Source: Chrysomallon squamiferum
Taxonomy: Eukaryota; Animalia; Mollusca
Assembly (NCBI GenBank): GCA_012295275.1
Contig: CM022671.1
Coordinates: 4,836,001 to 4,900,000, forward strand
Direction: 5' to 3'
Length of the DNA stretch: 64,000 nucleotides
The notes below the pieces were generated by a model, which did not search any database, had not been told where the DNA came from, and saw only the letters and a program-made list of their open reading frames with translations. Position 1 is the stretch's first letter, and every line of letters starts with the position of its first letter. Positions 54,860 to 64,000 of the stretch are shown here, piece after piece. The position numbers and the translations under genes are program-made.

Positions 54860-55620
54860 TAGTGGTACCTTGACTTACGAGTTTTATTCGTTCCGTGACC
54901 GAGCTCGTGACTCAAATTGCTCGTATATCAAACCAATTTTTTCAACTCAAATTAATTGAAATACCATTAATCCGTTCCAGCCCCTCAAAATCACCCCCCC
55001 TTTTCTTTTTTCTTTTTTTTTGTAACGTGTTTTTAAATAAGAAAAATATATTTATAAATGACAAATATTGTATAAAAACAAAATAAAAGAGAATGTAAAG
55101 AAATAAATTGGTTTTGTAAAGTGTATTTATCTTGGAGGTCAGACAAATTATTTTAACGCCTTTGGCTGTAGTTACAGACTTTATCGACTCCTTCTGCTTC
55201 AGCATGGTACCACGCTCGTACTGCCTAGCCAAATCGACTACATGCACACCTCACTCGTGTTTTTCTATGATTTCATGCTTTAATTCAATGGACATCATCC
55301 GTTTCTTCTTCTCAGCATTGTTCTTAGCATTTGCTTTCTCACGATCCAATGTCAGAATTAAGAAATTTGGCAAAATACGAATACAAAACGCGATTACAAC
55401 ACAATAGAGATGTTTCCGCGGCCAGGTAACCACGTTAAGTAAACGAGTGAGACGCGGGATGTTGGGCGGATGTTGTGTTGTTCGTTGCGCCAACTAGCGG
55501 TGGCGTATCTGAAGTTCGCTCGTAATTCGGAATGCAGCTCGCAACTCAAAGCAAAACTCGACCCACGTCATTGTTCGAAAACTCGTAAACTGGAGCACCC
55601 GTAAAGTCAAGATACCACTA
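54860..55620 (-). mobile_element. Internally deleted Tigger/pogo DNA transposon
   Basis: TIRs TAGTGGTACCTTGACTTACGAG and CCCGTAAAGTCAAGATACCACTA, flanked by TA. Minus-strand remnant KKKRMMSIELKHEIIEKHE*GVHVVDLARQYER..LKQKESIKSVTTAKGVKII is the N-terminal CENP-B/psq HTH of a Tigger transposase, with an in-frame stop. Confidence 0.9.
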
Positions 55621-56758
55621 TATATATATATATGCTAAACCTTTATATTCTTCGGTACTGTTCGTTTTTGTCCGTCAAGGAAATAAAATGTACAGGCTTC
55701 TCGAATCGTTATGAAAATAATTTAAAAGTTAACCGTTAAAAATCTGCTCGATAAATTCCCACTTCTTTAAAATAAGTTAATAAGTAAAACAAAACAAAAT
55801 AAAATCAAGTAAAATGAAATAAAAGACAAATAATTGGCCTGCTCCGTGAAAGCAAATACAGCTATATATTTGAATAATCCATATTCATTTGTTTTACAGG
55901 TAACTTTAAAGCCATTGTTCGTAAATTCAAATACTTATCCCTCAAGATTTTGTTAATTTAACCTTACTTCTAACAGAAAATACGAAAGCTGGATTTTAGT
56001 TTGTCTAGAATTTGTTTATTTTCTTCTCTTTTTTTTTTTTTTCATATGACGAGTTTCGCGTTTTAATTCAAGGGAGATAACTAAATCCAAAATAATAATA
56101 AAATGGAAGAGGTCGAAATTATGTTCGGTACAGTTAAATAAAACACTTCTTCATTTCTTCATTAATAAGAAATAAAGGAAGTTAAATAAAACTTTCAATG
56201 TAATAATACAGTAATTATGAAAAGTACGAAGTTGGACACAACTTGATATTATTTTATTAACAAAAAAAAAAAAAAAAAAAGAAAATAATAAATCAGAAAA
56301 AAAAGCACATCTTCTTCTTGTACAAAAATGCCATTTCGTAACAAAGTCCAACACAATCATTAAAGCAAAAAGAAGAAAAATGCTGCATTTTTTACACTAC
56401 AAACAAAATCAACAATAAAAATAATAACAACTGAACAAAATATTGTAGATACAATGTCTCTAAATAAACTCTTGGTAAAAGCAAAGATTGCATTTGGCCC
56501 CTAAACAGTTCAATATAGCGATGCAGGTCCATAATTCAGTACCAGTGCATACGTTTGTAATTCAAAATGGTTGTGTACACTTTGAAACAGGATTCTCTTA
56601 AAAGTCACACTGAATGGAAGGCAAATTGACTATAATTATTATTTGTTTAATAATATGGTGTAATTTTGTAAATGGAAGTTTGGTGAAGAAAACAAAATAA
56701 TAAAATGCATATATTTTTTTATGCTTTGTATGAAAAGGTAAATAAATATACATGAATA

Positions 56759-56806
<48 letters not shown>

Positions 56807-57328
56807 TAATAATAATAATAATAATATTTTTTAAATAGTATTTTTTAAAATTATTATAGCAATATTTTTTTTTAAATTATAATATTAAGAAAAAACAATA
56901 ACTAAAATAACTGCAGTAATAATAAAAATAGTAAAATCAAATAGTAACATTAAGAAAAATAATAACAATAAAAACAAAAATAATGATAATAATAACTAAT
57001 AAATAATTTAATAAAATTACAAAATTCAGTGAGGTACAGAAGTTTTGTAATAAATGATTATGGACCTTGCAAATCATCTGAACTGAAACTGAGCAATGGA
57101 AGACTAAAAAATAAATTTTATTTTTGTTAATTAAAATTAAATTAACGACAGTAAGATAGGGATTTTTTCTTCTTTTTTTCTACAAATTAACCTACTACAA
57201 CCTAACATTTCATTAATTAATATCCTCAGGAAATTAAACTTTTTTATTTAGATATTTAGACTGAAGATGTACAGTGAAATGTCATATGTATAGATATACA
57301 GATATGTATATGTATAGATAGTTTCTAA

Positions 57329-57374
<46 letters not shown>

Positions 57375-60048
57375 ACACACACACTAAAAACTATCTATTC
57401 TCATAATTAAACAGGATATTATAAATTCAAGTTACATTTTCTAGATAAAATTCCTGATCAAATTATCAACATTATCATCATCATCATCATCATCATCATC
57501 ATTTACATAAGGGGAAACATCAGTAAATCAGGACAGTCTTTTTATTGTTACGAATTGACTTACTAACAATAAAAACTATTTACTAATGATAAAGCTGTTG
57601 TTACATTTATTATTATCAAAGATTGGATTGAAGAACTAATATATTTTTAAGACACATCTTAACATCATAATCTAACTATATATATATATATAGATAATTA
57701 TTAAACCATTACCATGTTATTCTTATTGTTATTTTATCAAATTTCCTTAATTATTAACAAGATTTCTTTTCTGAGTATTTACAATTCAGTTATATATATA
57801 TATTTTTTTTTTATTTATACATTACATCATTTATACATTACATCATTTATGCATTACATACATTGCATTCAAACAGTAGGTGTTCAAATGTATTTGTGCA
57901 AAAAATCAAATGATATGTTCTTTTCATCAACAAAAAATGAAAAAGCTAATGTTACACATCATTTCCATTTGGTCAAAAACCAAACTAATTTATATTTAGT
58001 GGATAATTAATTATGTTTACATTTAAAATTGTATCTAACAAAATATGCATACTTACATACTTTTTCACTGTAAAAATAATAACCAAAAATTTAACAATGT
58101 CTGACCAGATTCTAAAATACAAATTATTTGAAAACTATAATTAAAGTTATGAAAAGTGAAATGAAAACTGTTTACCTTATTTTCACATTCCAACTCCAGC
58201 TCTGACTTTCACAAAATCTGTTGTTACAGTTCAATAAACTATCACTAGCCTTGTTTTCTATATCATTTTGAATTACAAAGTATTAGATTTCTAAACTGAC
58301 CATAACTGATACAATACTTTTAATTTTATAACAGATCAATACAGATGTATCTTTCAGAATAATAAAGTTTTAAGTAAATAAGCAAGTCTTATAATATAAG
58401 AATTATACAAGTCTCATAATACATTGTAAGTACAAAAAATTTCAAAATCCTTTTGTGTAAAGGGTTTTAACAAGTTATATTGTCTTTTGTCTACATCTGT
58501 GACATAAAAATAACTATGTAGAGTAATGTGGCTGAGAATATAAAGAATCTGAATTATCTTTTGTCAGAAATAATTTTACAAACATATGTTTATATCAGAA
58601 GTTATATAATTCTTTCTTAAGGGCAAATATTTTTGTCTATAATCAGTAAGTTCAAAGATTCAAGATTTTGTTATCAGTTAAACCTGTATTGAAGAAATAA
58701 TAATAATAAAAAAATATATATATATATATACATATATATTTATTTACTTATTTTGACATAAAAACAAACAATTGTAAGCTAACTGTTGACAAGAGTTTAA
58801 TTTTTTCTTACATCAAATGTCAATGAATTTTTCCTCAGAACAAAACAATTTTACTGTAGATAAAGAACTGATCAATGAATGGATGAATGAAAGTGTAATA
58901 GCTCAGCACAAATTTAGATCAATCAGTGACACAATGATTTTATCAATGATACATTTTGACCAGTCATTCTCAACCTGGGCTGATTTTTGAATCTTTCAAA
59001 TATTTATAAATTTTTATAACCTCATTAGATAGTTAATAATAACTGAACTTGTAAGACCAGATTAAAACGTTAACTGTAGGGATGCCAAGATTGAAATTAA
59101 TCTATAACTGACTTCTGAAAAAAAGGTTATGAATTAGTGATTTTGAGATAAATACCCTGAGACAAGCTGAATAAAGCTGGTGTGACAATGTTTTAAAACA
59201 AACTGAGAAATAAAATGAAATTTGAAGACAGATGCACAACAACTGTGAGACCCTGTTTATCAGAAAATTCTAAAAATGTTATAGGCTATACTGAAACTAA
59301 ATTTTTACTGATCTAATTCAGTGCTTTTCAGCTTTGTAGAAGATTTTTAATGTATTTAAATCTAGTTCAGAATTTAAAAAAAAAAAAAAATTTAAATTCT
59401 TTTTTAAAGAAATTTAGGTTGAAAAACAATCACATCAGACAAATTTCCAATAACAAACACACACAAAATAATAAAATAAATACATAAAATAAATAATATA
59501 TACTGAAGGACTATGGTAGTAATTGTAAATGATATTCACAAATCACAAATAACTTCTTTTTCTAAAAATTCATTGTGGAATAGTAGATTTTCTTTAATTT
59601 ATTAAAAACAAACTATTTACAAAGTATGTAAATAACTAAAAAAAGAGAAAAGTTGAAATACACCCATACACCACCCTTTCACCCAAAAAAGACAGTTCTG
59701 ACAGTTCAAAAAAAAAAAAAAAATGACCACTATCCTGGCAAAAATGGCTGAAGCAGACGGCAGTCCAGAGCTACACTGACCAATATGTACAATGTCCATC
59801 ATTCTAAATTCTTTAAACACTACGATCAGCATCCAGTATCAATCAAATAATTTAGATGATAGCCATTTGTGCAATGTCCACTTCTAAAGTGAAAGACCAG
59901 TGTCCAAGGCAGCCACTGTCCTAATTCAAATGACCTATGTCCTGACAAAAATCCACTGTCCACTTAGAGACATTCACTCTCATATTAAATACAGATTTGG
60001 CTAGCTTACATCACAACAAGCAATAACAAAAGCCAAATTACTTTAATA

Positions 60049-60493
60049 CAGGCACCGAATGCCTTTTTGGAGGAATCAAAGAAATCTGGAAAAATCCAGA
60101 GATCTGGCTCTTACTGAAACTAGCTACTTTTAAATTATGTTAGCTTTGTTTTAGTTTTCCATGACACAAATTCAAGTGAGAATGTTGCTGTGTAGTAGCT
60201 GATCCTCTCACAGATGTTATTTGTTTCAATTTACTCTCATTTTCATTTTTTATCATGTCTAAAAGATCAGCAGAAACACTAGTTGTTAGTGAAAACTTGT
60301 GTTTTATACAAATATTTTAACTAACAATTTTAAGTGGATTAATTAAGATCAAAGAGATGCTGCTTTAGAAATTTTTAATTTGTTAAATATAGCTTCATTG
60401 TTTATTTTATATTTTAATTAAAGATGTAACCTGCATCCAGAAATCTGGACCAGATCCAATCCCAAGCTTACTGGATAAACAGCTCAGTACCTG
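60049..60493. mobile_element. Putative old Tigger-family MITE
   Basis: Inverted termini TAATA|CAGGCACCGA ... TCAGTACCTG|TATTA, with TCCAGA.ATCTGG internal repeats near both ends. Confidence 0.45.
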
Positions 60494-60816
60494 TATTACA
60501 GAATCATTAACACATTTATTATTGAAATTATTGTGCAGCAAAACAGTTCAACATTCCTTATACATGAACCGATATAATATTCCTTTGAAAGGACAAATTA
60601 ATTAAACGTAATCAGTATTTTGATGGATTCGTGGTCAAATTTAATGTATACATTTCAAATCAAACAAAACAAAAAACATGGTTAAGAGTGTAATCAACAT
60701 TCTAACAGATTTGACTAGTCTACATCAAAGTGTTTGGCACTGAATAATCAATAGAACAGTAAAATACAATCAGTAAAATCTCTTAAGTTCCCCAGTGATC
60801 TGAAGCATTTCCAATA

Positions 60817-61260
60817 TTGTAATCAGTTAATCCATACAGACATTTTGTAATCAATGATCCATACAATCATTTTGTAATCAGTGATCCATACAGACATATT
60901 GTAATCAGTTAAGCCAGACATTTTGTAATCAGTTGATCCATACAGATATTTTGTAATCAGTGATCCATACAGACATTGTAATCAGTTAATCCATACAGAC
61001 ATTTTGTAATCATTTAATGCACATATTTGTTATCAATCAATCAGTACAATTTACATTTTACAACTAGTTAATCTGTGTATCTCACATTTTGTAATCAGTT
61101 AATCCAAACAAATAACATTACATATTCATTTAAACCATACAATTCATTTCAATAATCAGTTAATCTGTGCATTTTCATATTCAGTAATCAATCCTCTTCT
61201 TATAATCCACACAATTAACATTTTCTTATCACTTAATCCACACAGTTCATAATATCACTT
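60817..61260. repeat. Minisatellite, ~27-28 bp unit (TTGTAATCAGTTAATCCATACAGACATT)
   Basis: About 7 clear copies at 60817-61015, degenerating to the right. Confidence 0.88.
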
Positions 61261-63636
61261 GTAACCATTTGGCAATCACTGACTAATTAAAATTTCTTAT
61301 CAATTTTCACCCAAAAAATCAACCAAAAATATTATGTGTAAATATTATTTGTAATCACATAATTAATATATTATTGTTACAACGAACCATTAAATAATCA
61401 AACATTCCATGCACTACACAGTAAAACTTGTGTAAAGTAATTAATATGTAATTAGTAAGTCATAATTATTCAGTAATCTGTGTTAATCTGTAACCAATGA
61501 TCATAATTCTCCTCTGTAACCAATAACTAAAAATCAATCAGTAATCTACAAGTCATAATTATTCTGTAACTGATGAAAAATAATACAAATGATAATAAAA
61601 GATGTGTAACCAGTAAATTATTTATAGTAAAACACATTTGTAACCAAAACCAAAGCAAATTTTAACAATGTATAAGGATGCAAAAATTTGTAACCAAATA
61701 ATATCTGCACAAAATCCAAAACAAAAATCAATATCCATGTCTTATTTATCTATACAATCTTCAAAACAGATAAATATTTTATACATTTTTTTTTAAAATG
61801 ATAAATTTTCTTTTCTTCCACTTTGAAAACAAGAGACAATATAACTCTTTAAAAACCATACAAACAAAATTGATTTATTTTAATAACAAATGAATAACAA
61901 TAATATTTATATGAGTTTAAAAATATGTTTATGTAAATGCATGATATAAGTATGCATGGACATAATTATATGCATATTCTTGTGCATAAGAATAAGATAT
62001 AAGAAGAAAAAACCACAAGTACATGTATAATTATTAATTCGGTTGTCAACAAAAATGTCAGGTGATAATGAAAATGTAAATTTTGGGACAAAACGTTTCA
62101 TCTGTTTGTGAGGTAATAAATTTGTTATTATTTGTATTTTATTTTATTTTATTTTATTTTATGAAGACATTAAAAATTAACTGCTATTTTAATGTATCTG
62201 ACAAATGTTTTGTACCAGTAATAAAACATTTTAATGAGGCAGTGAAATTATTAAAGAGCGCATATGATGATAAGAACAAAGGGCCTAATAAATTTAAATA
62301 TTTCCACTTCAGTATTTTTTATTACTTTGAGAGACCTGCCACTGTTCATGACAATAAAACAATGCTGTTACAAATATGTTTAATGCCATCATTTTATTCT
62401 TTTATATCTGACATCATAAAATCATTGTGTACTAGTTGGACGGACATACATACTTCAGACAATGCCTGAAGACTCAGAACAAATCAGTGATGTGATTGGT
62501 ACAGAAACTGTCAGTAAGCAGATATTTTCAAACCGTTCTCTTTTGTTGTTATACTTCATTATTAGTAAAGACTGGCCAACAGAAACATGTATAATATAAC
62601 AGTTGGAAATAAGAAGAATAGTTTTAGATTATTTTTCTTTGTGTCATCAAAGGAATATTTTAATGTAAGTACAATACTGTGTGCTTTGTTTTCATGAGTG
62701 TTTTGAGGATTTTAGGAAATGGTTTTGATGTTGTTATGTTAAAACATTTTAACTGCACAAAAATAACTACTGTCATTGGCACTAAAATGGAGAATGTACA
62801 CATTGTAAAATGATTTTTTTTTTTAATTTTAAATTTTTATATTATTATCAACTGTTATATTATTATATTTATTGGTTGTGGTTTTTGCTTTTTTATGCTT
62901 TTTAACTTTTTTTAAATTTATTTTAATACTACTTTTTTTATTAAATTATTATTATTATTTATTATTATTATTTATTATTATTATTTTATTTTTTATTATT
63001 ACTATTATTTATTATCAAATGAAATAATTAATTCTACTATTTAAAAAATATATATATATAATCACTAAAGCATTATTTTTTTTTTTTAAATATGCAATAA
63101 AACAACTGGATCAGAAGTAGAAATAAGGCCTGTTATTTATTATTACTTTTTTTCTTTCTTAAATTGTTTATATGAATAAAAATATATCTTCCAACATGAA
63201 GTGCAATGAAGGAAGCATCAAAAATATCAAACACTTTATCAAAATATTGGCATATTAATTTATGTCATGATTCTTAGAAATCTATATTTTATTCAAATCA
63301 CTCTAGCACTGACCTTTAACAACTGATGCCTAACTTCATTTTTACAAAATATTTCTATATTTCCAAAAGCTGATTTAAAATTGTATCAAAACAGCTTCAC
63401 CTTGTATGTTGACAATTTAATTCAATTGTTATGGGTCGGTTTTGGGGTTCTGTTTCATTCTTTTTTTTTACTGAAATATCAATATAACATCAAAACATCC
63501 AAAATATTCTGACAATTTGAAAGTTTCTCAGTACTAAAATATTACATTAAATATTGTCTAATATTTGTAAAAATACAGGGTAAAATATTGGTTTAACTGT
63601 TTCAAAGTGTTCTAATTTTAAATAAAACTATTCTCC

Positions 63637-63927
63637 ATTCAAATTATTTTATCCTATGTTACAACAATTTTGAAATACCCAACAATTTATTACAATATTT
63701 TATAATATGACTAAAAATATTATAGTTTTAATACAACCATCTTTGTTTTCAAATTACTTATACTGTTACAACAGTGTCTAAACACTCAAAAACATCCCAT
63801 CAAATTTTTACATTGATTTATAAAATTAATAAAAATTTATTATTATATTCAAATAATTTTATCCTATATTACAACAATTTCAAAATTCCTAAGATGGCTT
63901 CCCAACAGTTTATTACAAAATTTTACA
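63637..63927. repeat. Degenerate direct repeat (~65-80 bp, offset 210 bp)
   Basis: ATTCAAAT.ATTTTATCCTAT.TTACAACAATTT...CCCAACA.TTTATTACAA.ATTTTA at 63637 and 63847. Confidence 0.75.
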
Positions 63928-64000
63928 ACGAAATGTAACATTTATAAAATAAATTGAATACAACTATTTTGTACTGAAATTATTTTATGCTTAAATATTC

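Overview
AT-rich, microsatellite-dense eukaryotic genomic DNA with spliceosomal introns. It is probably from an invertebrate, most likely a mollusc (inferred from gene types and repeat style, not proven). The main content is a cluster of four paralogous two-exon voltage-gated K+ channel genes of the Shaw/Kv3-like class, arranged Kv-A(+), Kv-B(+), Kv-C(-), Kv-D(-). All four share one phase-0 intron between the T1 domain and S1, the HX5CX20CC Zn motif and an intact TTVGYGD filter. They also share atypical gating parts: S6 PxP changed to PxA with a small residue at the gate position, only 3-4 canonical S4 charges, and a conserved Cys pair flanking the pore loop. Kv-A carries a single +1 frameshift in T1. 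Upstream of Kv-D on the minus strand is a complete five-exon group III secreted phospholipase A2 (signal peptide, propeptide, RKKR site, intact His-Asp). The window also holds the last two exons of an unidentified gene at its left edge, an RNase H-bearing LINE remnant with an embedded minisatellite, Tigger/pogo-type elements, a long foldback inverted repeat, a 1.5-kb tandem duplication, several minisatellites and a CpG-depleted right-hand ~7.5 kb. All alignments and counts were done by eye.
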